Below, piece by piece: positions 48,555 to 61,955 of a DNA stretch of 64,000 bases. The DNA is from Anthoceros angustus (taxonomy: Eukaryota > Plantae > Anthocerotophyta). Numbering within the stretch: the stretch's first letter is position 1; each line of letters starts with the position of its first letter. The stretch covers positions 574,377 to 638,376 of the forward strand of contig MU008191.1 of NCBI GenBank assembly GCA_010909165.1, given 5' to 3'. Below the pieces are notes generated by a model. That model made no database searches. It was not told the origin of the DNA and worked only from the letters and a program-made list of their open reading frames with translations. The position numbers and the translations under genes were made by a program.

Positions 48555-51252
48555 CTTGAATTATCCTACAAGAATGGAAGTAAAGAAATCAAAATAAATA
48601 CATTACCTTTATAATTATTTTCATCCACAACTAGATGAACAAGCCTTTCCATCTAAATTAGAAATGAATACACATATTAAAATCAAAGAGTCAAATTTAA
48701 AAACAAAACTCAAAAACGTGATTAGACTTATTAGATTCGTGCATCTAATCAAAAATGTTTTTGGTATGTCTATACCGATACATATATAAACTGAAGATAT
48801 TACTTATGCAAAAGCGAGGTAGATGTCTCATATTTAAATTCGTGAATTAAAAATATATATATATAACCAATAAATTTAAAATCTCAATCAATGAATAACA
48901 AAATCCATATAAAGAAGAAAGCACCCAAGAAATCGAACAATCAACAACCTTGTCCAAGTTGTTCTATAAGTGCATATGTTTTCAAAACACGTGAGATTGG
49001 GTCGAGAAAAGTCACAGTACTGCAATACTGCAAAACATACAAGGGACCCGCCTATTTCTTGCATGCAAGATTGTGAGCTACAAAATCCTAAAATCAATCC
49101 ACGCCGAAACCTCCCTTGAGTTTGTGGATGAAAACACTCACCATCATTTATAGGTTTGCCAATAGTCAATTGGAGTCAAGAAGAAATTATGACAAGAGAG
49201 CAATAATTAAAAACTAAAGAAGGGATAATCATATATAAGAAAGCAATGGAAAGAAACTCGATATTTTCTTAGGGAACAATCATTTAATCGAAATGATTGA
49301 ATTTACTTATTTTTAATCCCAAGAGTAATCAACTAGTGCAATTTTAATCTCAAGAATAATAACGAGTGTACCACTTGGGAGGAGTGGCTAACATATAAAT
49401 TGTAATGATGGAGTTGTCTTCCACAGATGGTGCTTATTCTATAATTGGACCAAAGTTAGATGTATATCATCATCATTATCTAGGCACGTATACAAATTGC
49501 GTAACTTTCATCATCATTATCTAGGCAAGTATACAAATTGTGTAACTTTGATTAGCGAGGAACCATTATCAAAGGCAAAAGATTACAAGTCTTTACGCCT
49601 TGCTACTTCTTTAAATTCAAACGATCCATACACAATTTGTAGTTAGCCTAAGCGGCAAAGCATGTCATCTACAAGTCATTGTCGCATAGAGTAGTACTCC
49701 ATAGATATATGTTCCTAAACTTGCTTTCGGTGTCGAGTTCCAACCAAGGATCCGTGGAGGTGAAAGCTCTTGTACGCCGAATTGTAACCAAGGATCTAGG
49801 CGGTGAAAGCTCTTGTACACAAAGTGTTTGTTGGAGCAGGTAAACCACCTCCCAACCAGGTGTAGTTAAGTTGGTCGTGTGATGCGTTCTTTTATCAAGC
49901 CTGTTGATTTCGGCAAATGCAAAGAGATGGCGCCGGCGGTGCCCTCCTCAAGCACTACCGTGGGGTGTCTGCGGGTGGTGCGGAGGGAGGCGCCGGCGGT
50001 CGGCGCCTCCTCAAGCACTACCCGTAGGGTGCTTTGATGCGGGGGATATGGACTCCTCGGTCGATAAACCCACTCGAATTCTGTTGCTAAAGGAGGAAGT
50101 GGTCATCAGCATCAACAATAGCCATTCAAGAGGGCGGCCTGGCGACTCGTCCATGCCTTACGCCGATACTGAGTCAAGGACCACCGCCAAATTTCACTAG
50201 TATTGAAATAAGACTCGCAAGTACATGCATGATTTAGCCCTTCATGTCCACCGTGCTATGCGGGGAAGATGGCATGGTATGCGATTCCGTGACATTTGTC
50301 CGCCTCCCGAGGCATGTGCGTGTGTGACTTTGCATTCGGAAGGCAGCATGAGATTGTAGAGTTAGGGCTTCAGCCGACTTGTGTATTGCAGGCGGTTTGA
50401 TTAGCATATGTGGAAAGTCTTTGGAGCATCAAGGTGATTGAAAAGTAAATATTTTTGGTTGTAATAAGCAGATGAAAATGGCAGCCCATGCTTTCTACAA
50501 AATGCAGATGGGCCCGCGCCTCTGATGCTCTACTGGGTATAGAATTGAAAAGTGCGTCTTTCATCCAAGGTATGGACTCCCAAAGGGGTGTGCCCATTAT
50601 CATAGCTTGGCGGATCCGCTATCGTAGGAAGGGTGTAAAATGTGTCAAGGGGTGTTGTTTGACCAAAGGGGTGACTATATTCCCCTTTAGAAACTATGGT
50701 GTTACCTCTTTGAGGTAAATTGTGCATAAAACATGCAGGATAATTCAATGTCTTTAGGTGGTTCGCCACATTTCATCTCACAATTCTCGATGCGAGATGC
50801 CTTTGTGGTCATGCATGAAGTTGATACAGTAACACGCATGCCATTGGAAAGCTAAATCGTTGCATGAGGCAGCTGATGTTTTAGATTCATTAAGCACGCC
50901 TTAAAAAATGAAAGAGTGAAGCTCGTGAATCATTGAAAAATAGGCCAACAAAGACCCCGTTCATTACGGTGGTGGTCTCACATAGTGTGAGTGCTCGAGG
51001 AGTGTGGCATGCCCTACATGAAGCACGACAAAACAAAAACAGACAATGATTTCCGCCGTAAATCTGCAATTCCCTAAATGATGTGAGACGGTCGAACATG
51101 AAGTAGATATATGTATGTTCCTAGACATTTTTGGTAGTGAAATTTTACTTCAAAAGAAGCGCGAACATGTCAAGTGAGCGTGTTCAAAGTAATGTAAAGA
51201 CTACTTTCCTAGCCACAACAGCCCAAACTGCAAGGGGTTGGGCGTATGTTCC

Positions 51253-52416
51253 TCAACTTGCTTTCGGTGTCGAGTTCCAACCAAGGATCCAGCGGTGAAA
51301 GCTCTTGTACACAAAGTGTTTGTTGGGACAGGCAGGAAGGCACCTCCAAGCCGCAGGCTTTTGTCGCAAATCGACAGATACGATCGGCTCCACCTGTTCA
51401 TGCATCACGTATACTTGGAAATCCTGCCCTGCCACAATCCTGGTGCGTCCGCGACTCAAATTTTTCCATAATCGAGTGAACATGGCAGGGGGCATGGCCT
51501 CCACCATCGTCCACGTCATGGACGCGAAATCCAGCTCCCAAATCTCCAAACTCACTTCACTCACCGGGGAATTCCAACACTTGGTCACGCACAACATGGC
51601 CCCTGACGCTCACGAGGTTGGAGTAGAAGATGAAGCGGCGGGGCCTGGGCGGTGAGCACGGTGCCACACAACTCGCCACGCAACCAGCTCGGTGGCCTCC
51701 TCTAGGTCATAGGCCAGCGGTCGCATCCTAGTGTGGCCAAGCGGTGAGCACGGTGCCCACAAAGACTCCATGATCGGACTTGTTCTGAAGTACGCCCTCG
51801 AAACCTTGAGGTTGTCATGCTCCACCTCCCGAGCGTGGAATCGAAGACAAACGTCGGGACGGGTTGGCCCATATCCTGGGCGGCCTCGAGTTGCGTAGTG
51901 CCACAAGCTTGAAGCATTTTGCCGTGGCGTCCACCAACACGCCTCCACATCGACCCGCACACCACGGTGCGCGGCGAGCCCAAGAGCCCGCCGGGTTGCG
52001 CATGTGGGATGACCATCCGCCTTGCCGCCATCCAAAGATATGTATTCGCGACTATCGGCCAAGAAGACGCCGCCGCCGACACCGTGGGAGCTCCACATCC
52101 CGCGTCGAATCCATGGCGGAGTTGGACTTGGTACCGGCCGGTGAGGCGGGTTGTAGACGCATGAGGCCATGCTCATGTTGTGGAGGCGGCCTACTACGAA
52201 AGATGCAATCCTGCACTCCGCTTGTGATTCCATGCGCTCCTTCAACAACCACGGCGACTCCACGGCCGCATTCCATGCCCTACACACCGCACGGGATCGT
52301 AGAAGACTCACCAATGGCAGCCGAGCTCGGATCAAGGCCACCACGGTGCCACACAACTCGCTACACGCAACATCCTCTCGCACCATCCATCCGGAACCTT
52401 CATTCTCCGTCTCCAT
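51253..52416 (-). pseudogene. F-box/kelch-type gene copy 2 (best preserved; At5g15710/UFO-like superfamily; frameshifted as assembled)
   Basis: Reads METENEGSGWMVREDVACSELCGTVVALIRARLPLVSLLRSRAVCRAWNAAV..., later VSLEIWELDFASMTWTMVEAMPPAMF...AAWRCLPACPNKHF...PKAS*. Intronless. Confidence 0.8.
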
Positions 52417-52905
52417 CCCGCAACCTCGAGCTCGTTTTGCTTGAACGCTTGAACGAAAGACGACGTACATGATATTTAATGTCCCAAATCACTACATATA
52501 TAGCCTTTGAGTTCAATGGTTCGATGGTATAATCTCGAGAAATAAGAATCGATCTCGTTGATTGCAAAGTAGCTTTCCCAATTAACACTATACCACCAGA
52601 TGTACATGTGCGGGCACTCCGCTTTGGGAAAGGCAAGCGCTTCATACACAAACTAGAAAACGAGGGCTTCTATTGTGTCTATGCAACAGCTTGATCGGTA
52701 ATAAACATGTACACAAAATGTGGTAGGTTGGAAAGCGTTAACACAAATCATCCAAAACGATGTCGATGTCTTGACCGCTCTCACCGCAGTATTCGGAGCA
52801 GGTCACATTGCCCAAACCTCTATGCGGTGGTACCTATAGCATCTCAGCTACCGCATCCGCTCAACTTGGCAAGACCCATGGCCATCAAGACGTCAATGTG
52901 CATCC

Positions 52906-53819
52906 GCGACTCAAATTTTTCCATAATTGAGTGAACATGGCGGGGGCATGGCCTCCACCATCGTCCACGTCATGGACGCCAATCCAGCTCCCAAATCTCC
53001 AAACTCACTTCACTCATCGGGAATTCCAACACTTGGTCACGCTGCAGTAGGTCCCGCACGTTCACGAGGTTGGAGTAGAAGATGAAGCGGCGGGGCCACA
53101 GCAGCCAGCCGCCTGGCCTCCTCTAGGTCATAGGCCAGGTGGTCGCATCCTAGTGTGGCCAAGCGGTGAGCACGGTGCCCACAAAGACTCCATGATCGGA
53201 CTTGTTCAAGCACGCGTCCACGAAACCTTGAGGTTGTCATGCTCCACCTCCCGAGCGTGGAATCGAAGACAAAGCGTCGGACGGGTTGGCCCATATCCAC
53301 AGCCTCGAGTTGCGTAGTGCCACAAGCTTGAAGCATTTTGCCGTGGCGTCCACCAACACGCCTCCACATCGACCCGCACACGCGTGAGCCCGAGCGAGCC
53401 CGCCGCCGGGTTGCGCATGTGGGATGACCATCCGCCTTGCCGCCATCCGGCATATGTATTCGCGACTATCGGCCGCAAGACGCCGCCGCCCGCCGACACC
53501 GTGGGAGCTCCACATCCCGTCGAATCCATGGCGGAGTTGGACTTGGTACCGGTGAGGCGGGTTGTAGGCATGAGGCCATGCTCATGTTGTGGAGGCGGCC
53601 TACGACGGCATGCAATCCTGCACTCCGCTTGTGATTCCATGCGCCTTCAACAACCACGGCGACTCCACGGCCGCATTCCATGCCCTACACACCGCACGGG
53701 ATCGTAGAAGACTCACCAATGGCGGTGAGCACGGATCAAGGCCACCACGGTGCCACACAACTCGCTACACGCAACATCCTCTGCACCATCCATCCGGAAC
53801 CTTCATTCTCCGTCTCCAT
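52906..53819 (-). pseudogene. F-box/kelch-type gene copy 3, 3'-truncated (internal duplication)
   Basis: Duplicates ~51451-52416 and joins at GTGCATCCG|CGACTC. Confidence 0.75.
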
Positions 53820-56800
53820 CCCGCAACCTCGAGCTCGTTTTGCTTGAACGCTTGAACGAAAGGCAGCGTACATGATATTTAATGTCCCAAATCACTACAT
53901 ATATAGCCTTTGAGTTCAATGGTTCGATGGTATAATCTCGAGAAATAAGAATCGATCTCGTTGATTGCAAAGTAGCTTTCCCAATTAACACTATACCACC
54001 AGATGTACATGTGCGGGCACTCCGCTTTGGGAAAGGCAAGCGACTTCATACACAAACTAGAAAACGAGGGCTTATCTTGTGTCGCAACAGTTGATCGGTA
54101 ATAAACATGTACACAAAAATGTGGTAGGTTGGAAAGCGTTAACACAAATCATCCAAAACGATATGCGATGTCTTGACCGCTCTCACCGCAGTGTTCGAGC
54201 AGTCACATTGCCCAAACCTCTATGCGGTGGTACCTATAGCATCTCGAGCTACCGCATCCGCTCAACTTGGCAAGACCCATGGCCATCAAGACGTCAATGT
54301 GCATCCGGTTGGTTCATGGTGCGGCTACATACCAGTCTGATCTGCGACTCGAAAATGGGCTCCATGTGCACAGGTGAGGAGCCTAGCAATTCCACCCCAA
54401 TAAAGAGTGTAGGTGGGGCCGAGCTAGGTTTTCCAACAATGTCTAGTCGTTGGAGGCGGAGCACTTGTGGCCACAATTTTTCTGGACCCTCCCATAACGA
54501 GATAAGAAGAGCTCCGTGCATGGCATGCCCGATGCCGGGCGTAAGGGGTTTAATTGTGAGGTGTTGTGGTTAGACTAGTGTAGACCAGCTTGGGTTGAGG
54601 AGCTACTCGGCTCCACAGGCATGGAGATGGGTCATGATGGCTCTCCTTCCACGACGAGCTCTCCGGATGAGCTTGGACCGGCAAAGGATCGTGAATGGGT
54701 GTCATGGTGGAACGGTGAGCACGTTATGTCGGCATGGGAAGTTTTTGAGGCATGCCATTGGAGAATCTGCCGGTCGATGAGTTTTGATGAGATGAGTTCC
54801 TTTCCGTGGAACTTGAAACTTGGGAATGTATGTGTTTGTCTCTCTTTGAACCGAGTGGTAGGTGCTCATGGCTTGGAGTCGCACTCGTGAGAACACCCCG
54901 AACTAGTGTATTCAACGGCGTTTGACTATTCCACATGCGCCTTTGGAGGATTTTGCATGGGTTGAGAGCTTTCCTAGCGAGTTGAGCTCAACCTCTTTTC
55001 AACACAATCCCAAATTTAACAAGCCCCTCGATGGCCCAACAATACATACTTCCATGACCCGGATCGAAAATACATAATAGATTATACATGCTGAAGGAGA
55101 AGAGGATGAGTAATTAATAGCAATTCCTTAGTCGTCCGAGTCTTCATCTTGAATTATCCTACAAGAATGGAAGTAAAGAAATCAAAATAAATACATTACC
55201 TTTATAATTATTTTCATCCACAACTAGATGAACAAGCCTTTCCATCTAAATTAGAAATGAATACACATATTAAAATCAAAGAGTCAAATTTAAAAACAAA
55301 ACTCAAAAACGTGATTAGACTTATTAGATTCGTATGCATCTAATCAAAAATGTTTTTGGTATGTCTATACCGATACATATATAAACTGTGAAGATATTAC
55401 TTATGCAAAAGCGAGGTAGATGTCTCATATTTAAATTCGTGAATTAAAAATATATATATATAACCAATAAATTTAAAATCTCAATCAATGAATAACAAAA
55501 TCCATATAAAGAAGAAAGCACCCAAGAAATCGAACAATCAACAACCTTGTCCAAGTTGTTCTATAAGTGCATATGTTTTCAAAAACACGTGAGATTGGGT
55601 CGAGAAAGTCACGAGTACTGCAATACTACAAAACATACAAGGGACCCGCCTATTTCTTGCATGCAAGATTGTGAGCTACAAAATCCTAAAATCAATCCAC
55701 GTGAAACCTCCCTTGAGTTTGTGGATGAAAACACTCACCATCATTTATAGGTTTGCCAATAGTCAATTGAGTCAAGAAGAAATTATGACAAGAGAGCAAT
55801 AATTAAAAACTAAAGAAGGGATAATCATATATAAGAAAGCAATGGAAAGAAACTCGATATTTTCTTAGGGAACAATCATTTAATCGAAATGATTGAATTT
55901 ACTTATTTTTAATCCCAAGAGTAATCAACTAGTGCAATTTTAATCTCAAGAATAATAACGAGTGTACCACTTGGGAGGAGTGGCTAACATATAAATTGTA
56001 ATGATGGAGTTGTCTTCCACGACGAGCTCTCCGGATGAGCTTGGACCGGCAGGGGATCGGGAATGGGTGTCATGGGTGGAGCGGTGAGCACGTTATGTCG
56101 ACATGGGAAGTTTTTGAGGCATGCCATTGGAGAATCTCGCCTGATCGATGAGTTTGATGAGATGAGTTCCTTTCAGGAACTTGAAACTTGGGAATGTATG
56201 TGTTTGTCTCTTTGAACGAGTGGTAGGTGCTCATGACTTGGAGTCGCACTCGTGAGAACACCCCGAACTAGTGTATTCAACGGCGTTTGACTATTCCACA
56301 TGCGCCTTTGAGGATTTTGCATGGGTTGAGAGCTTTCCTAGCGAGTTGAGCTCAACCTCTTTTCAACACAATCCCAAATTTAACAAGCCCCTCGATGGCC
56401 CAACAATACATACTTCCATGACCCGGATCGAAAATACATAATAGATTATACATGCTGAAGGAGAAGAGGAGCAATTAATAGCAATTCCTTAGTCGTCCGA
56501 GTCTTCATCTTGAATTATCCTACAAGAATGGAAGTAAAGAAATCAAAATAAATACATTACCTTTATAATTATTTTCATCCACAACTAGATGAACAAGCCT
56601 TTCCATCTAAATTAGAAATGAATACACATATTAAAATCAAAGAGTCAAATTTAAAAACAAAACTCAAAAACGTGATTAGACTTATTAGATTAGATTCGTA
56701 CTCAATCAAAAATGTTTTTGGTATGTCTATACCGATACATATATAAACTGTGAAGATATTACTTATGCAAAAGCGAGGTAGATGTCTCATATTTAAATTC

Positions 56801-59225
56801 GTGAATTAAAATATATATATATATAACCAATAAATTTAAAATCTCAATCAATGAATAACAAAATCCATATAAAGAAGAAAGCACCCAAGAACAATCAACA
56901 ACCTTGTCCAAGTTGTTCTATAAGTGCATATGTTTTCAAAAACACGTGAGATTGGGTCGAGAAAGTCACAGTACTGCAATACTACAAAACATACAAGGGA
57001 CCCGCTATTTCTTGCATGCAAGATTGTGAGCTACAAAATCCTAAAATCAATCCACGTGAAACCTCCCTTGAGTTTGTGGATGAAAACACTCACCATCATT
57101 TATAGGTTTGCCAATAGTCAATTGGAGTCAAGAAGAAATTATGACAAGAGAGCAATAATTAAAAACTAAAGAAGGGATAATCATATATAAGAAAGCAATG
57201 GAAAGAAACTCGATATTTTCTTAGGGAACAATCATTTAATCGAAATGATTGAATTTACTTATTTTTAATCCCAAGAGTAATCAACTAGTGCAATTTTAAT
57301 CTCAAGAATAATAACGAGTGTACCACTTGGGAGGAGTGGCTAACATATAAATTGTAATGATGGAGTTGTCTTCCACAGATGGTGCTTATTCTATAATTGG
57401 ACCAGTTAGATGTATATCATCATCATTATCTAGGCACGTATACAAATTGCGTAACTTTCATCATCATTATCTAGGCAAGTATACAAATTGTGTAACTTTG
57501 ATTAGCGAGGAACCATTATCAAAGGCAAAAGATTACAAGTCTTTACGTCTTGCTACTTCTTTAAATTCAAACGATCCATACACAATTTGTAGTTAGCCTA
57601 AGCGGCAAAGCATGTCATCTACAAGTCATTCTTGCATAGAGTAGTACTCCATAGATATATGTTCCTAAACTTGCTTCGCCACGAATGCAACCAAGGATCC
57701 GGAGGTGAAAGCTCTTGTCGCGAATTGTAACCAAGGATCTAGGCGGTGAAAGCTCTTGTACGCGAATTGTAACCAAGGATCTAGGCGGTGAAAGCTCTTG
57801 TACACAAAGTGTTTGTTGGAGCAGGTAAACCACCTCCCAACCAGAGGTGTAGTTAAGTTGGTCGTGTGATGCGTTCTTTTATCAAGCCTGTTGATTTGCG
57901 GCAAATGCAAAGAGATGGCGCCGGCCGGTGCCCTCCTCAAGCACTACCGTAGGGTGTCTGCGGTGGTGCGGAGGGCGCCGGCGGTCGGCGCCTCCTCAAG
58001 CACTACCCGTAGGGTGCTTTGATGCGGGGATATGGACTCCTCGGTCGATAAACCCACTCAATTGCTCTAAAGGAGGAAGTGGTCATCGGCATCAACAATA
58101 GCCATTCAAGAGGGCGGCTGGCGACTCGTCCATGCCTTACGCCGATCGAGTCAAGGACCACCGCCAAATTTCACTAGTATTGAAATAAGACTCGCAAGTA
58201 CATGCATGATTTAGCCCTTCATGTCCACCGTGCTATGCGGGAAGATGGCATGGCATGCCGATTCCGTGACATTTGTCCGCCTCCGAGGCATGTGCGTGTG
58301 TGTGACTTTGCATTCGGAAGGCATGCATGATTGTAGAGTTAGGGCTTCAGCCGACTTGTGTATTGCAGGCAGTTTGATTAGCATATGTGGAAAGTGCTGG
58401 AGCATCAGAAGGTGATTGAAAAGTAAATATTTTTGGTTGTAATAAACAGATGAAAATGGCAGCCCACTGTGCTTTCTACAAAAATGCAGATGGGCCCGCG
58501 CCCTACAGTGCTCTACTTGTGGGGTATAGAATTGAAAGTGCGTCTTTCATCCAAGGTATGGACTCCCAAAGGGTGTGCCCATTATCATAGCTTAGCGGAT
58601 CCGCTATCGTAGGAAGGGTGTAAAATGTGTCAAGGGGTGTTGTTTCGACCAAAGGGGTGACTATATTCCCCTTTAGAAACTATGGTGTTACCTCTTTGAG
58701 GTAAATTGTGCATAAAACATGCAGGATAATTCAATGTCTTTAGGTGGTTCGCCACATTTCATCTCACAATTCTCGATGCGAGATGCCTTTGTGGTATGCA
58801 TGAAGTTGATACAATACGCATGCCATTGGAAAGCTCGTTGCATGAGGCGGGCTGATGTTTTAGATTCATTAAGCACGCCTTAAAAAATGAAAGAGTGAAG
58901 CTCGTGAATCATTGAAAAAATAGGCCAACAAAGACCCCGTTCATTACGGTGGTGGTCTCACATAGTGTGAGTGCTCGAGGAGTGTGGCATGCCCTACATG
59001 AAGCACGACAAAAACAAAAACAGACAATGATTTCCGGTAAATCTGCAATTCCCTAAATGATGTGAGACGGTCGAACATGAAGTAGATATATGTATGTTCC
59101 TAGACATTTTTGGTAGTGAAATTTTACTTCAAAAGAAGCGCGAACATGTCAAGTGAGCGTGTTCAAAGTAATGTAAAGACTACTTTCCTAGCCACAACAG
59201 CCCAAACCTCGTTTGGCGATGTTCC

Positions 59226-60349
59226 TCAACTTGCTTTCGGTGTCGAGTTCCAACCAAGGATCCAGCGGTGAAAGCTCTTGTACACAAAGTGTTTGTTGGG
59301 ACAGTGTGAAGGCACCTCCAAGCCGCAGTTTTGTCGCAAATCGACAGACACGATCGGCTCCACTGCTCATGCATCACGATACTTGGAAATCCGCCACAAT
59401 CACAGTGCGTCCGCGACTCAAATTTTTCCATAATTGAGTGAACATGGCGGGGCATGGCCTCCACCATCGCCCACGCCATGGACGCGAAATCCAGCTCCCA
59501 AATCTCCAAACTCACTTCACTCACGGGAATTCCAACACTTGGTCACGCACAATGCTAGGTCCCGCACGCTCACGAGGTTGGAGTAGAAGATGAAGCGGCG
59601 GGGCCACAGGCAGTCAACACACAAGTCAGCTCCACCGGGCCTCTAGGTCATAGGCCAGGTCGCATCCTAGTGTGGCCAAGCAAGAGAGCACGGTGCCACA
59701 AAGACTCCATGATCGGACTTGTTGTCAAGTACGCGGCCCCTGGAAACCTTGAGGTTGTCATGCTCCACCTCCGAGCGTGGAATCGAAGACAAACGTCGGA
59801 CGGGTTGGCCCATATCCTGGCGCCTCGAGTTGCGTAGTGCCACAAGCTTGAAGCATTTTGCCGTGGCGTCCACCAACACGCCCACATCACCGACCCGCAC
59901 ACCACGGCGCCGCAGCCCAAGAGCCCGCCGGGTTGCGCATGTGGATGACCATCCGCCTTGCCGCCATCCAAAGATATGTATTCGCGACTATCGGCCAGGC
60001 GTCGCCGCCGACACCGTGGGGAGCTCCACATCCGCGTCGAATCCATGGCGGAGTTGGAGTTGGTACCAGCGGTCGGAGGTCGGGTTGTAGACGCATGAGG
60101 CCATGCTCATGTTGTGGAGGCGGCCTACTACGGCAAAGATGCAATCCTGCACCCGCCAGGATTCCATGCGCTCCTTCAACAACCACGGCGACTCCACGGC
60201 CGCATTCCATGCCCTACACACCGCACGGATCGTAGAAGACTCACCAATGGCAGCCGAGCTCGGATCAAGGCCACCACGGTGCCACACAACTCGCTACACG
60301 CAACATCCTCTGCACCATCCATCCGGGAACCTTCATTCTCCGTCTCCAT
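59226..60349 (-). pseudogene. F-box/kelch-type gene copy 4 (frameshifted as assembled)
   Basis: Same motifs as copies 1-2 with different indels. Confidence 0.75.
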
Positions 60350-61634
60350 CCCGCAACCTCGAGCTCGTTTTGCTTGAACGCTTGAACGAAAGACGACGTA
60401 CATAATATTTAATGTCCCAAATCACTACATATATAGCCTTTGAGTTCAATGGTTCGATGATATAATCTCGAGAAATAAGAATCTGATCTCGTTGATTGCA
60501 AAGTAGCTTTCCCAATTAACACTATACCACCAGATGTACATGTGCGGGCACTCCGCTTTGGGAAAGGCAAGCGACTTCATACACAAACTAGAAAACGAGG
60601 GCTTGATCTATTGTGTCGCAACCAGCTTGATCGGTAATAAACATGTACACAAAAATGTGGTAGGTTGGAAAGCGTTAACACAAATCGTCCAAAACGATAT
60701 GCGATGTCTTGACCGCTCTCACCGCAGTATTCGAGCAGTCACATTGCCCAAACCTCTATGCGGTGGTACCTATAGCATCTCGTGCTACCGCATCCGCTCA
60801 ACTTGGCAAGACCCATGGCCATCAAGACGTCAATGTGCATCCGGTTGGTTCATGGTGCGCTACATACCAGTCTGAGATCTGCGACTCGAAAATGGGCTCC
60901 ATGTGCACAGGTGAGGAGCCTAGCAATTCCACCCCAATAAAGAGTGTAGGTGGGGCCAGCTAGGTTTTCCAACAATGTCTAGTCGTTGTGAGCAGAGCAC
61001 TTGTGGCCACAATTTTTCCGGACCCTCCCATAACGAGATAAGAAGAGCTCCGTGCATGGCATGCCCTGCCGGGCGTGAGGGTTTAATTGTGAGGTGTTGT
61101 GGTTAGACTAGTGTAGACCGGCTTGGGTTGAGGAGCTACTCGGCTCCACTGGGCATGGAGATGGGTCATGATGGCTCTCCTTCCACGACGAGCTCTCCGG
61201 ATGAGCTTGGACTGGCGGGCGCAGGATCGGGAATGGGTGTCATGGCTGGAGCAGTGAGTGTGGGCTGGCACTCCCCGGGAGTTAAGAAATAAGTAGGGTT
61301 TACATTTTTAGGATTGAAGGATAAATAAGGCGAAAAGGAGGAATAAATTGGGGTAGCGCTTGGACGAGGCTCGGAGTATACTCCGACTGAGTGAACAACG
61401 GACCCACCACTATGGCAAGCTCGGACTACGCCGAGTAACGGATAAGTCCGGAACCCACCTGTGTCAAACAGGATAAGTACGCCAGGAAAGTAACCTAGGA
61501 GCGAGGCGTGAGGATGACGAGGCGGCGCCACGTGGACGGCCCCGAGTGGAGGTCGGGCATGGAGATGGGTCATGATGGCTCTCCTTCCACGACGAGCTCT
61601 CCGGATGAGCTTGGACTGGCAGCGAGCTCGTTTT

Positions 61635-61754
61635 GCTTGAACGCTTGAACGCTTGAACGCTTGAACGCTTGAACGCTTGAACGCTTGAACGCTTGAACGC
61701 TTGAACGCTTGAACGCTTGAACGCTTGAACGCTTGAACGCTTGAACGCTTGAAC
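61635..61754. repeat. 8-bp tandem repeat (GCTTGAAC) x15
   Basis: Perfect array. The homologous sites in other units have 2 copies. Confidence 0.95.
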
Positions 61755-61765
61755 GAAAGACGGCG

Positions 61766-61955
61766 CATTCCATGCGCTCCTTCAACAACCACGGCGACTC
61801 CACGGCCGCATTCCATGCCCTACACACCGCACGGGATCGTAGAAGACTCACCAATGGCAGCCGAGCTCGGATCAAGGCCACCACGGTGCCACACAACTCG
61901 CTACACGCAACATCCTCTGCACCATCCATCCGGAACCTTCATTCTCCGTCTCCAT
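61766..61955 (-). pseudogene. F-box gene copy 5, 5' fragment (F-box motif only)
   Basis: Encodes DVACSELCGTVVALIRARLPLVSLLRSRAVCRAWNAAVESPWLLKERME and then runs into the (GCTTGAAC)n array. Confidence 0.7.
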
